Assembly (NCBI GenBank): GCA_964574595.1 | Contig: CAZNOF010000007.1 | Span: 11,703-75,702 of the forward strand | Length of the DNA: 64,000 bases | Direction of reading: 5' to 3' | Source of the DNA: an uncultured Pseudomonadales bacterium | Lineage (GTDB): Bacteria; Patescibacteriota; Microgenomatia; UBA1400; PJMF01 | In this document: positions 1 to 9,437 of the stretch, piece after piece | Numbering within the stretch: position 1 is the first letter of the stretch | Layout of the letters: each line of letters opens with the position of its first letter | Program-made: the position numbers and the translations under genes | The notes under the pieces: model-generated | What the model was told of the DNA's origin: nothing | Database searches by the model: none | The model's input: only the letters and a program-made list of their open reading frames with translations

Positions 1-1060
1 GTCGGGGTTTATGAACAACTGTCTCCGGCTCATCGTCGTCATCTGGTGGAGGCGCATCTTTTTCACCGCCCAGCTCAATTTCTTGTTTAGAAACTGGCAT
101 CAGATTGGACTCTTCATCTTCTTCAACTTCCACCGCTCGCTCAATTTTTTCAGGTTCAAGATGAGCTTTTTTCGCAACAACTGGCACAGCCGTAAAGTCA
201 TCAGCATGTGGCGAGACTGGTTTCACATCAGGGGTGGTTTCCAATGCATTTGGAACTAACAGAGAAGGTTCGTTTTCAGGTTGCGCTTTGACTTCTGGCA
301 GACTGGCTAACTTCAAGCCCTTACTCTCAGCCACTGCGCGGCCACCAGTTTGGATAATGATTTCCAAAACATGATCTGGGGCGAAGATATCAATGACTGG
401 TGGGTGCAAGAATGGATAATCACTTGGCCAATCGTGACCAAAAAGCGCTTGACGAATCTCTTCAAGCTCTGGTTCGGTTAAAACGGATGAGTAGAGTAAA
501 AATTTACTTGGGAACACTTTATCTTTAAAGTGCGCAAAGGCTTCAACCAGATCAGAGACAGTGTTACCTGAGCGACCCACTTTTTCTGTTTGCTGGAGAC
601 TACCCTGTTTGACTTGAGTAATGAAGAGTTGGCTGGCAGCCACTTCAATTAAGAACAAGCTTAATTGTGGAGACAAGGTTTGGGTAAAATGTTGGAGTAA
701 TGCTTCAGTGGTCACCACAAAGCCGATTGCCTCGAGTGATAACTCTTTAGTAATTTTCTGAAAGAGTGGTTTTTTGCCAGGCAAAATACCTTCTGGCGTC
801 ACCCATTCAGGACTTAAGGCAAACAAGGTTTCGGTGACGTGTTCTGATTCTTTACTGAGTTCTTGTAAGGTCTGGTCGATGGCGGCGACACAACTTTCAT
901 CGTCTGACCAACTCTTTTGACCAGAGCGGGAAACGACTTCAATCATGCCTTCATCAACCTTCCATAAGGCAGACTGGACGACTAAATCACTTAAATGGAT
1001 GGCAAAGAAGTAGACAGGTTTTGCCACAGCTGGTTTTTTGAAAAGGTGAGGCAGTTGCAT
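1..1060 (-). CDS. hypothetical protein, partial. The C-terminus runs off the window start. It has an acidic, Pro-rich tail (EEDEES...PPPDDDDEPE).
   Basis: Uninterrupted minus-strand frame from an ATG at 1058-1060 to position 1. An in-frame TAG 9 nt upstream fixes the start. The plus-strand ORF 11..259 is antisense to it and judged spurious. No recognisable family. Confidence 0.5.
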   Translation of the reverse strand, partial: MQLPHLFKKPAVAKPVYFFAIHLSDLVVQSALWKVDEGMIEVVSRSGQKSWSDDESCVAAIDQTLQELSKESEHVTETLFALSPEWVTPEGILPGKKPLFQKITKELSLEAIGFVVTTEALLQHFTQTLSPQLSLFLIEVAASQLFITQVKQGSLQQTEKVGRSGNTVSDLVEAFAHFKDKVFPSKFLLYSSVLTEPELEEIRQALFGHDWPSDYPFLHPPVIDIFAPDHVLEIIIQTGGRAVAESKGLKLASLPEVKAQPENEPSLLVPNALETTPDVKPVSPHADDFTAVPVVAKKAHLEPEKIERAVEVEEDEESNLMPVSKQEIELGGEKDAPPPDDDDEPETVVHKPR

Positions 1061-1121
1061 AAAATTCTACAACTACCATTAAAGCAAAGATCAGCGCGTT
1101 TGGGAAGTGATCAAGATTGAA

Positions 1122-3011
1122 TTAGGCCGTTCTCAAGCGAGCGTAAATTCGGCGGACACCGGCTGAAGCAGACTGTTCTTTGAAGAGCTCCACCGGACCA
1201 ATTTCAGCTGTGTTCTTGACGTGGGGACCACCACACAGCTCCTTGGAGATCCAATCTTTTTCAGGATCATTTCCAATCGTGTAAACGGTAACTTGGTCAG
1301 GATACTTTTCGGCAAAGAAAGCGATAGCACCTTGATCTAAAGCAGCTTGTTTTTGCTGGGTTTGCACCGTAACTGGCAATTTCTTGGCAATCCACTGATT
1401 CATTTGATCTTCAACTTGCTTCAGTTCTTCAGCAGAAATTGGCTGTGAGTGAGAAAAGTCGAATCGTAAGCGCTCGCCAGTAATGTTGGAGCCTTTTTGC
1501 TGGACGTGAGTCCCTAAGACTTTTCGTAACGCTGCTTGAAGTAAGTGGGTAGCAGTGTGGTACTTGGTCGTAATTTCCGTATGCTCAGCTAAGCCACCTT
1601 TGAACGTGCCAGCAGAGGCAGTTCGAGACAGAGCTTTATGCTTCTCAAACTCAGCGGCAAACATCTCTCGATCAATTTCTTGACCTTTTTGCTGGACAAT
1701 TTCGGCAGTTAACTCAAGTGGAAATCCATAACTCTGGTAAAGATCAAAGGCGATTTTGCCATCAACGTGCTCAGTTTTTTCCACAATTTTCAAACCAGCC
1801 GCTAGCGTTTTTTGGAACTTCTCTAATTCTTGGCGAATGGTACTTACCACTAGCTCTGTTTGAGCTTTGGCATCAATGTCATGAACCCCGTCATAAAGGG
1901 CTAAGACTTGGGTACTTAACTCAGGCAAAACATCGACAAAATTCACATCAAGCTGATGGACTTTCAAAGCTGCCCGGCGGAGTAAGCGTCGGAGTAAATA
2001 GCCTTGAGCTTTATTTGATGGGACGACTCCATCAATCACCAGCATAGTGGATGCTTTCAAGTGATCGGTAATCACCCGCATCTGGACTTCATTGCCTTGG
2101 TACGACTTGCCCGACATTTTTTCTAATTTTTCAATAATCGGCCAAAAAAGTGGCGTTTTAAAAACGTCTCTTTCATCAAGACTTGCCGCCAAAATACGTT
2201 CTAGACCGCCACCAAAGTCCACATTTTTTTGTGGTAACTCTTGGAATGAACCATCAGCTTGCTTCTGAAACTGCATAAAGACTGAGTTACCAATTTCCAT
2301 GAAGCGACCACAGTCACAGTTCACATGACAAACTTCATCTTTCCAAGCGGAATGTTCATGCAGATGGAGCTCTTCCCCAAAGTCGTAAAATACTTCACTA
2401 TCTGGACCACCTGGCTCACCGGCGGGCATTTTATCTGGTGTACCAGATCGAGACCACCAGTTTTTCTTTTCTGGGTAGTAGAAAATACGAGCACCTTCTT
2501 GCAAACCTAACTCTTCAGCGCGCTCCACAGCTCTGGCTTCAATGCCTTTTTCTTTAAACAGTTTTTGCCAAATCTCGACAGCCTCGGTGTCTTTTGGAAT
2601 GCCTAAAACATCATTGCCGGCAAAGACCGTAACAAATAACTTCTCGGCAGGTAAGCCAACGACTTCGGTAAAGAAGGTGAAAGCCCAAGTGAGTTGATCT
2701 TGTTTGAAGTAATCGCCAAGTGACCAATTTCCCAACATCTCAAAGAAAGTGGTGTGACGGTTATCGCCAACTTCTTCAATATCTTGAGAGCGGAAGGATT
2801 TTTGTGAATCGACCAGTCGTTTGCCTTCTGGATGAGGTTGGCCCAACAGATACGGCACGAGAGGCTGCATCCCAGAACTGGTGAATAAGGTGGATGGATC
2901 ATTTTCTGGCACCAAAGATGCTGACGGAATGATGGCGTGACCATGTGTAGCAAAAAAATCCAAATAGGCTTGGCGAAGTTGATTTGGGGTCAGGTTTTTG
3001 GACGAATTCAT
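1122..3011 (-). CDS. alaS: alanine--tRNA ligase, short form of 629 aa: catalytic, tRNA-recognition and editing domains, no C-Ala domain
   Basis: N-terminal class II AlaRS motifs (FTSSGMQP, FEMLGNWS). Editing-domain HxxxH (HTATHLL) and CxxxH (CGGPHV) motifs. The protein ends right after the GVRRIYA region where the C-Ala domain normally follows. TAA stop. Confidence 0.9.
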   Translation of the reverse strand: MNSSKNLTPNQLRQAYLDFFATHGHAIIPSASLVPENDPSTLFTSSGMQPLVPYLLGQPHPEGKRLVDSQKSFRSQDIEEVGDNRHTTFFEMLGNWSLGDYFKQDQLTWAFTFFTEVVGLPAEKLFVTVFAGNDVLGIPKDTEAVEIWQKLFKEKGIEARAVERAEELGLQEGARIFYYPEKKNWWSRSGTPDKMPAGEPGGPDSEVFYDFGEELHLHEHSAWKDEVCHVNCDCGRFMEIGNSVFMQFQKQADGSFQELPQKNVDFGGGLERILAASLDERDVFKTPLFWPIIEKLEKMSGKSYQGNEVQMRVITDHLKASTMLVIDGVVPSNKAQGYLLRRLLRRAALKVHQLDVNFVDVLPELSTQVLALYDGVHDIDAKAQTELVVSTIRQELEKFQKTLAAGLKIVEKTEHVDGKIAFDLYQSYGFPLELTAEIVQQKGQEIDREMFAAEFEKHKALSRTASAGTFKGGLAEHTEITTKYHTATHLLQAALRKVLGTHVQQKGSNITGERLRFDFSHSQPISAEELKQVEDQMNQWIAKKLPVTVQTQQKQAALDQGAIAFFAEKYPDQVTVYTIGNDPEKDWISKELCGGPHVKNTAEIGPVELFKEQSASAGVRRIYARLRTA

Positions 3012-3043
3012 GAGGTGAATTGTAACACTAAGTCACAGGATAC

Positions 3044-3071
3044 AAAAACCCCCCCGATGTACATCGGGGGG
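3044..3071 (-). terminator. Rho-independent terminator for the 3109..3489 gene: GC-rich perfect palindrome CCCCCCGATGTACATCGGGGGG followed by a T-run on the minus strand
   Basis: 22-bp perfect inverted repeat with an A-run at 3044-3048 on the plus strand, which is a U-tract on the minus-strand transcript. Lies immediately downstream of the minus-strand CDS ending at 3109. Confidence 0.55.
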
Positions 3072-3108
3072 ATTTCGACAGCGTAGCAGCTATTAGACTG
3101 CCGATGGA

Positions 3109-3489
3109 TTAGTCTTCGTCGCCTGCTTCTTGATTCGGCGGGCAGACGATCATCCAACCTTTTTCGGGATACAGGCCGGGCACCTCAGCAGCAACAGGTG
3201 GCACACCGTCAGCGAATGAGGCATACGCCACAAGGTACTCGACATCCTTGGTCAGCCAGCTGCCCTCAGGGATTTCTTCCCAGTCAATCACGGCGCCAAA
3301 ACTGTGAATGTCTGATTCCAGATCGCCCCACATGCACGGGACCACCAAAGCTTTCCCCTTCTCCAGCAAGCGCTTCGCGTGTTTGACCACAGAAGTTTGA
3401 GCAACATTGTTGAGGTGGGCAGTCGCTTCGTCGTGATACGCCTGCAACATTCGAGTCAGGACTACAGATTGAGCCATTTTTGATTCCAT
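3109..3489 (-). CDS. hypothetical protein (126 aa). Its GC content is clearly higher than the surrounding DNA.
   Basis: ORF with an AAAGGA ribosome-binding site about 8 nt upstream of the ATG (aaaggatggaatcaaaaATG on the minus strand). Own terminator downstream. Local GC estimated above 50% against about 40% nearby. No family recognised. Confidence 0.5.
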   Translation of the reverse strand: MESKMAQSVVLTRMLQAYHDEATAHLNNVAQTSVVKHAKRLLEKGKALVVPCMWGDLESDIHSFGAVIDWEEIPEGSWLTKDVEYLVAYASFADGVPPVAAEVPGLYPEKGWMIVCPPNQEAGDED

Positions 3490-3690
3490 CCTTTTGTTAA
3501 AGAAGACCGGTTTAAGGTTGTTTCATGCGCGCTTGTCAGCACACTTAGGAGAAACCTAGAGAAGGTCACTTTTCACAGCAGTGCGTGATAGGTGAACTCA
3601 TCTAAGAGTTCTAATGCTCAAAATAGAGCGAAACATGGGGATTATATGATAAATTCAAGAAAATCGCAATAAATATAGGCCTAAGAGCGA

Positions 3691-4056
3691 TTACACACCC
3701 TTAAACTTCTTAACATCTTTTTTAACTTTATTGACAGCTTCACGGGCTTTTTTGCGGCCAGCCTCTAGCTCTTCAGCCAGTACAACGTGTTGATAAGAAC
3801 GGTTTTTTGATGGTTCTGGATTAAAAGCTTTATGAAGGAGGTCAAAGAGAAACTCGCGGAGGGACAATCGATCATTTTCAATAACGCCATCGGCAATTAA
3901 CTGCTCCTTGGCACCTTCCCAATCGGCGACCAACTGCTTGCGCAGCTTGGCACCCTTGTCAGTAGCAAACAAGTAATATCCGGCGGCACCAACAAATAAG
4001 CCAACAGTGAATCCAGTTACAAATGAGTTGCCGTCGTCAGAAGATTGATTTTGCAT
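3691..4056 (-). CDS. YtxH-like general stress protein, with an N-terminal Gly/Ala-rich hydrophobic segment
   Basis: N-terminal FTVGLFVGAAGYYLFATDKGAKLRKQL resembles the YtxH family. Same order as the Bacillus ytxG-ytxH pair, with the DUF948 gene upstream. Confidence 0.6.
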   Translation of the reverse strand: MQNQSSDDGNSFVTGFTVGLFVGAAGYYLFATDKGAKLRKQLVADWEGAKEQLIADGVIENDRLSLREFLFDLLHKAFNPEPSKNRSYQHVVLAEELEAGRKKAREAVNKVKKDVKKFKGV

Positions 4057-4061
4057 ATGAT

Positions 4062-4367
4062 CTACCTGTCTTTACTTTTATTCATCCAGCCCACAAAAGA
4101 CTCAAAGACTTTTAAGCCACTTCCTAGGGAAGTTGCAATGCCGCTAATACTCTGCAGCGGGGCGGTTAAGTTGGAAATCTTATTTTCAGCCATGTCGATG
4201 GTGATGTTTAATCGATCGATTGTGTACTTCACTTTTTGAAGAACCTGAATAATGGTTACACCGACAGCGACTAACAAAATGGTCAAGATACTGAGAATAA
4301 CGACGATAAAAATGGAGAGGTATTGTTGCATAGGAGAACTATAACATATCTCTAGTTGGAGAAACAT
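4062..4367 (-). CDS. DUF948 (YtxG-like) membrane-anchored protein. The start is likely at the internal Met (MQQYLSIF) around 4331.
   Basis: Single N-terminal transmembrane segment followed by a coiled segment (IDRLNITIDMAENKISNLTAPLQSI), as in B. subtilis YtxG. Immediately precedes the YtxH-like gene. Confidence 0.55.
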   Translation of the reverse strand: MFLQLEICYSSPMQQYLSIFIVVILSILTILLVAVGVTIIQVLQKVKYTIDRLNITIDMAENKISNLTAPLQSISGIATSLGSGLKVFESFVGWMNKSKDR

Positions 4368-4385
4368 CAGAGGCTTGTAAGGAAT

Positions 4386-5033
4386 TTACTTCTGCCTGAC
4401 GTGAACGGATCTTTGAACCACATTCGTTTTGCCACGCCGATCAGTCGCGGTAATTGTCAGCGTGTAAATGCCGTCTCGGGGAATATAGACATCTGTTTGA
4501 AAGCTGCCATTTGGCAAAATCGAAATTGGTTTTTCGTTGACACTGACAATGGCATCGCCGACCGTCACCCCTTTGACTGTTATTTGTTGCGAAACAAAGG
4601 CATCATCTTGAGGCTCAAGCACATCAAGCCTTGGCGGTTTCTGGATGCTATACCATTGCAGACCCACATAACAAATTAAACTAAAAAAGACCACGCCCAG
4701 CGCAATGACGGCCAGCGTGACAGGCGTCCAAACTTGTCTTTTCTTCAGGACGGGTTTGATGAACTCTCGAGGGACGAGCTTGCCAGCCGCACTTTCTTTG
4801 AAGTCACGCCTCAGTAAAGCTAAAAGCGGTTGGTAATCGAACCCAAAAATCTTGGCGTAGGTCTTGATGTAACCTTTTACAAACGTGGCCGCTGGTAACT
4901 CAGCAAATTGATTTGCTTCAAGTGCCCGGAGGTACTCCACTTTGACTCGAGTTTGTTGGGCTAACTGTTCAATCGAAAGATGATGACGTTGTCGCTCTTC
5001 TTGTAGCAACTCGCCAATTGTTTTTGTTTTCAT
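4386..5033 (-). CDS. rodZ: RodZ-like cytoskeleton-associated protein: N-terminal XRE-type helix-turn-helix, one transmembrane segment, C-terminal extracytoplasmic domain
   Basis: HTH (IGELLQEERQRHHLSIEQLAQQTRVKVEYLRALE), central transmembrane segment (VTLAVIALGVVFFSLICYVGL), C-terminal beta-rich domain. This is the typical RodZ architecture. Confidence 0.6.
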   Translation of the reverse strand: MKTKTIGELLQEERQRHHLSIEQLAQQTRVKVEYLRALEANQFAELPAATFVKGYIKTYAKIFGFDYQPLLALLRRDFKESAAGKLVPREFIKPVLKKRQVWTPVTLAVIALGVVFFSLICYVGLQWYSIQKPPRLDVLEPQDDAFVSQQITVKGVTVGDAIVSVNEKPISILPNGSFQTDVYIPRDGIYTLTITATDRRGKTNVVQRSVHVRQK

Positions 5034-5047
5034 GGTCGAAAAATGTA

Positions 5048-5483
5048 TTACCCTAAAGCTTGTTTCACCATTGCCATCACACGGGAACCATCAGCTTTAC
5101 CTTGGACTTGAGCCATGACTGCTTTCATGACATTGCCAAAATCTTTTTTCTCTGCGGCGGCATAGACTGAAGTCACAATTTGCTGCAGTTCTTCATCACT
5201 CATTTGTTTTGGTAAATACACTTCCATCATGCCAATTTTCTCAGACTCTTGATCGACTAAATCTTGACGACCACCTTTTTCGAAATCAACGATTGAGTCT
5301 TTGACTTTTTTGATCTCACGAGCAATCACTTTTTCCACACCAGCGTCGTCTTGGACACCGTTGTCAATTTCAAAGTTTTTCAGCTCAGATAAAATAAATC
5401 GAATGACACCTAAACGGACACTATCGTGTGCGCGCATGGCTGTTTTCATATCTTCTACTAATTTGTCTTTAAGTTGGGACATA
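5048..5483 (-). CDS. GatB/YqeY domain-containing protein
   Basis: Sequence typical of the YqeY family (VRLGVIRFILSELKN...GKADGSRVMAMVKQAL). Start set at the Met preceded by an AGGAGAA ribosome-binding site at 5483. The longer ORF to 5515 has no such site. Confidence 0.7.
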
Positions 5484-5533
5484 GGTTCTCCTGCTTGATA
5501 TTCTAACATGCCCAAACATGCTATAGTGAAGAG

Positions 5534-6094
5534 ATGAAGAAGATCATTTTTTTAATCCTCGTCGCCGCAATTTGTTTCTGGGGTTGGCAACAGTATGCCA
5601 AGCGCCAAAGTGCTGGACTCACTGGCACTCCAGGCATCATGTTAAACACCAATTCCGAAACAGATAACATTGCTAATGTCAGTCAGCATTGTATGTCCGC
5701 CGGAGACGTAGAACAGATTACTGGAAAAAGTTATGTCTTACAAAATGAGGTCTACACTGCTCCCGTCAAACAACTTGACTGCGTGTATCAATACGGTGAA
5801 ACGGTTGGCAATGTCTTCCCAACTGTCCGCTACAAAAAAACTTTGACGAACGATGCCAATGGCATTTGGACTCGCAAAAAAACCAGCGTCAAGTCATCAG
5901 CCTCGTACCTAGACTCTGCAGACTATCCAAATAGCTTTACTGTACTCAACCCTGTTAAAGAGATTGACCAAGGCACCTTCTACGGCAAAAATGATCAAGC
6001 CTACTTTGAGTTGACCTATACGCCAGTTTCTGAAGGCGAAAATAATTTACTTGACCACGGCTTTAAACTCCTAGAAAAAGCCCTCAATAATTAA
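5534..6094 (+). CDS. hypothetical exported or membrane-anchored protein (186 aa)
   Basis: N-terminal signal/anchor (MKKIIFLILVAAICFWGW). GAAGAG ribosome-binding-like sequence upstream. TAA stop. No family recognised. Confidence 0.55.
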   Translation: MKKIIFLILVAAICFWGWQQYAKRQSAGLTGTPGIMLNTNSETDNIANVSQHCMSAGDVEQITGKSYVLQNEVYTAPVKQLDCVYQYGETVGNVFPTVRYKKTLTNDANGIWTRKKTSVKSSASYLDSADYPNSFTVLNPVKEIDQGTFYGKNDQAYFELTYTPVSEGENNLLDHGFKLLEKALNN

Positions 6095-6119
6095 AAAGTT
6101 TTTGTTATACTAAAGAAAT

Positions 6120-6269
6120 AATGGAAAAAACTCAGAACCAAACCCCTCCCTCGTTCCTGCTCATGTTGGCTGGGATCATTCTGGCACTGTTGACGTTCTT
6201 CGCCAGCGTGATTGGCTTTTTATCAATTAAACAGGCTCCAGCTAGCCCGCCACTCATTCAGACGAAATA
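6120..6269 (+). CDS. possible small membrane protein (49 aa, MEKTQNQTPPSFLLMLAGIILALLTFFASVIGFLSIKQ...)
   Basis: Short ORF below the track cut-off with one clear transmembrane segment. Weak ribosome-binding site. Supported only by hydrophobicity and position between genes. Confidence 0.25.
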
Positions 6270-6288
6270 ACTCGTCTCCACCTCTCCT

Positions 6289-6588
6289 ATGACTAAGTAC
6301 AAACAATACTTTCAACAAATGATGGACGCTAATCATGACCTCTTCACCTCTTTTAAAGAAGTGCATGATGGCTACAAAGAAGATCGCAAGAAATGGAGCA
6401 AGCAGTTTCACGCTCAAGGCAAGGAAGTGGTAGACATTATGCGTGAGTGGGAACAACGCCTTTGCTCGAGTATGGAGCGTGGACACAACGCTGTCTATTC
6501 ATCCAAGCTCGCCGAGAAGTTCTGGGCTGAGGTGAAACAAATGTACTCTCACATTGACCTGGTTGGGGTTAAGTCAAATCTAGATTGA
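6289..6588 (+). CDS. hypothetical hydrophilic protein (99 aa)
   Basis: Protein-like hydrophilic composition. It overlaps the opposite-strand ORF 6223..6486, which looks less coding-like. No family recognised. Confidence 0.4.
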   Translation: MTKYKQYFQQMMDANHDLFTSFKEVHDGYKEDRKKWSKQFHAQGKEVVDIMREWEQRLCSSMERGHNAVYSSKLAEKFWAEVKQMYSHIDLVGVKSNLD

Positions 6589-6633
6589 TCAATCAACCTT
6601 TTTCTCAAAATCATGAATTAGCAGTCAATTGTC

Positions 6634-8358
6634 TTAACTGCCAAAAGTAAAGGCATAGGCTTCGACGCCTGCCGGGAAGGTTATTTCCAACTCGTGACGT
6701 CCGTAATCATCCTTTAGATCAATCAAATCGTACTTCCTAGGATCCTTGATTAGAACAGCTCCAGTTTTGTCCATATCCCCCGTCAAGTATTTTTCTGGTA
6801 ATGCACTACCGTCCAGAGTGACGACAACTTTGCCAGACACGTTGTTGGGATTGGCCATGACAAGGTACACCTGCTGGGCTTTGAAGTTAATCTTTAACGT
6901 AGCACCATCTGTTTTAGCGAGAATTTGCTCTGACTTGACTTGCCAATCCCCACTCAAACCAACCGCATCATCTTCAAGTGATTTGTCGGTGTGGTAGGTT
7001 TGGGCACTGTCGCGTCGAATGTCATTTTGGTAGGTATAAGATTGACCACGAGTGTAACCTAAATAGGTCTCTGGGGTGGTACTTCGATACTGACTGGCAG
7101 GCTCGGATTTATTGACTGGCTGCTCGTCCAGCAGCGCCCGAACCGCATTCTCTGTTTCCACATAGTTCCCTTCGCCAAAGTGGGTGTATCGGATAAAGCC
7201 ATCTTTATCAATTAAGTAGTGAGCTGGCCAATACTGGTTGGTATAGGCTTGCCAAATCTTGAAATCATTATCTTGAACAACTGGATAGGTAATGCCTAGG
7301 TCTGTAACGGCTTTGGTAACATTTGCAGTGACCCGTTCAAACTCGAATTCCGGTGAGTGAACCCCAACCAACACAAATCCCTTGTCTTTGTAGTTTGCAT
7401 ACAGATCTTTGAGGTAAGGCAAAGTTCGTAAACAGTTGATGCAACTGTACGTCCAGAAATCCACGAGTACCACTTTGCCTTTCAGTTCTTTCTTCAAAGA
7501 GAGCGGTTGCGAGTTCAACCAATTTCCCCCGCCAGTGAAGTCAGGTGCCTGAACTTTCGGTTGTGAGAGCAAATCTGAATTGGAGCTTGGACTGATATTC
7601 TGTGAACCAGCACCTCTGAGTTGATCTAACTGCTTTTGCACCGACGCGTTATTCTCAATAGCGGTTAAGCCCGTTCCGTAGGCTGGAAATTTGACAAGCA
7701 CCCAAGTTTGAAATTGGCGATCAAGATTTAAATAAATAGCTAGTGCCGTCAGAATCATGACCACACCAAAGCCTTTTTGAATTTGGGCGGTGTACTTATG
7801 AAAGAAAGAAATTTCTTTGAGCAATTTTTGACTGCCATACGTAATTCCCAACATTGGTAAGGCTGAGCCCAATGAGTAGGCAAAGGTGATCAAGAATGAT
7901 TGGGCATTTACAGTTTGGGTGATGGCCAGAGTGATCACCGCCGCAAGAATCGGTCCCACGCAAGGCGTCCAAATCAGACCTAAGCTCAGTCCAACAATCA
8001 ATCCACCCCAATATCCGGTCGTATCACTTGTCCGAGGCGTGATTCCTGAAAGTTTGGTGGTGATTTTTTCGAGGATGGCTTGTGTTTGCGGCAGGAGTAA
8101 GGAAAAGCCGAAGAGGGCAATTACAGCCACGGCTACGATTCGCAGTGCATCTGAGGAGATGCCGGTCGCTTTAACTATGGCGGTCAACATCAAAGTAAAG
8201 AAGGTAAAGCTGACAACAAACCCGGTCACGATACCCAAAGGTCGGCGGCGACCGCTGGCTAGTGAGCCAGAAAGCACAATCGGCAGAACAGGCAGAATAC
8301 AGGGTGACAAAATTGTGACGATACCGGCTAGGAAAGCGAAAACGAGGAGAAGTAACAT
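6634..8358 (-). CDS. DipZ-like thiol:disulfide interchange protein: CcdA/DsbD-type transmembrane domain fused to a thioredoxin-like domain and a C-terminal beta domain
   Basis: N-terminal CcdA-like membrane domain with Cys in transmembrane segments (LSPCILPV, WTPCVGP). Central TlpA/ResA-like thioredoxin fold with WTYSCINC (CxxC). About 200 aa of C-terminal domain, as in mycobacterial DipZ (Rv2874). Confidence 0.8.
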   Translation of the reverse strand: MLLLLVFAFLAGIVTILSPCILPVLPIVLSGSLASGRRRPLGIVTGFVVSFTFFTLMLTAIVKATGISSDALRIVAVAVIALFGFSLLLPQTQAILEKITTKLSGITPRTSDTTGYWGGLIVGLSLGLIWTPCVGPILAAVITLAITQTVNAQSFLITFAYSLGSALPMLGITYGSQKLLKEISFFHKYTAQIQKGFGVVMILTALAIYLNLDRQFQTWVLVKFPAYGTGLTAIENNASVQKQLDQLRGAGSQNISPSSNSDLLSQPKVQAPDFTGGGNWLNSQPLSLKKELKGKVVLVDFWTYSCINCLRTLPYLKDLYANYKDKGFVLVGVHSPEFEFERVTANVTKAVTDLGITYPVVQDNDFKIWQAYTNQYWPAHYLIDKDGFIRYTHFGEGNYVETENAVRALLDEQPVNKSEPASQYRSTTPETYLGYTRGQSYTYQNDIRRDSAQTYHTDKSLEDDAVGLSGDWQVKSEQILAKTDGATLKINFKAQQVYLVMANPNNVSGKVVVTLDGSALPEKYLTGDMDKTGAVLIKDPRKYDLIDLKDDYGRHELEITFPAGVEAYAFTFGS

Positions 8359-8400
8359 GACTTAGTGTCCCATGTAATCCACATCGCGTCAAGAAAAATG

Positions 8401-9435
8401 TTACTTGGCTACAGCCAGCTTCTGTAGAATGTCTTCAGTAATAACTTTGCCAAAATCACGGAAAAATCGAATAAAACCTTCGTCATGCTGAAATTTGCCA
8501 ATTGCTCCACCAATATACAGACCCGGCTGTTTTTTAGACTGATGCGCTTTATCCAAAACCAGTAAAGGATCATGATCCTCATGACTTACGTCCACCATCT
8601 CTTTAATTGGTTCAATATTTGGCGAAAACCCGGTACAGACAATTGGCCGACTGTTGACTATCATTTTTTCACCCGATTCATTCTCCAGCACAAATTTCTT
8701 CTCATCTGGCAAGTCGTAAATACGTTTGACTCGAAAGTTTTCTGTAATCGTAACCAGACCTTGTTTCTCAAGCTCTTGAATAAAATGCATCTGCTCTTTC
8801 CAGAGGCAGTCGATCGGTTCTGGGACTTCATACGTGCGGGAGACTACTAAATTAACTTTCCTCCCTGGTTTAGCCAGTTCGAGCACCACACTACTCGCGC
8901 CATTGGCACTCCCGACCACCGTGAACTCATCTCCATCTAACTTCTCCAGGTACGGCATGTGGGCATAATGGACATAGGCACCAGCACAATCCAAATCTTC
9001 ATTGGGTGTGGAGTACATACCCGCTGCCCAAACTATAAAACTGGAGGTTAACCGCCGATCGTCACGTAGCGTCACCACAAACTCTTTCAAATCCGGATTG
9101 AACATGACAGCTACCACCTCGGCATTCTTCTCAATAGGCAGGTGTTTCTTGGTCACAACATGCTCTAAATATTTCTGATAGAGCAAATGGCTGGGATGAG
9201 GAATATTCGGGAAAACTTCAGAGGTCGGAATGCCGGCAATCATGTTCTCATCGTGATGACCAGGGCGCTCAGTGCTTTCAGACAGGAGGTGGGTATCAGT
9301 CGGATAAATATACCAGGACTGACCGATATCGCCCTTTTCTAACACTATCACATCAATCTCGGCAGCCAGTAAGTCAGCAGCAACTGCCAGTCCGCCTGGA
9401 CCAGCTCCGATGACGATAACTGTATGATTCGGCAT
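8401..9435 (-). CDS. FAD-dependent pyridine nucleotide-disulfide oxidoreductase family protein (YpdA/CzcO-like, lacks a CxxC)
   Basis: N-terminal dinucleotide-binding motif VIVIGAGPGGLAVA. A second Rossmann motif (FTVVGSANGASS). Size 344 aa. No redox-active CxxC, so not a canonical TrxB. Confidence 0.7.
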   Translation of the reverse strand: MPNHTVIVIGAGPGGLAVAADLLAAEIDVIVLEKGDIGQSWYIYPTDTHLLSESTERPGHHDENMIAGIPTSEVFPNIPHPSHLLYQKYLEHVVTKKHLPIEKNAEVVAVMFNPDLKEFVVTLRDDRRLTSSFIVWAAGMYSTPNEDLDCAGAYVHYAHMPYLEKLDGDEFTVVGSANGASSVVLELAKPGRKVNLVVSRTYEVPEPIDCLWKEQMHFIQELEKQGLVTITENFRVKRIYDLPDEKKFVLENESGEKMIVNSRPIVCTGFSPNIEPIKEMVDVSHEDHDPLLVLDKAHQSKKQPGLYIGGAIGKFQHDEGFIRFFRDFGKVITEDILQKLAVAK

Positions 9436-9437
9436 AC

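Noticed and set aside
11-259. Plus-strand 82-aa ORF at the window start
   Set aside because: It lies entirely antisense to a longer, uninterrupted minus-strand reading frame (1..1060) with a defined start. The composition (runs of F/R/W) looks like frame-shadow translation.
6223-6486. Minus-strand 87-aa ORF overlapping the 6289..6588 plus-strand ORF
   Set aside because: Hydrophobic, low-complexity translation. The plus-strand ORF has more protein-like composition. Only one of the two can be real and the minus one is the weaker.
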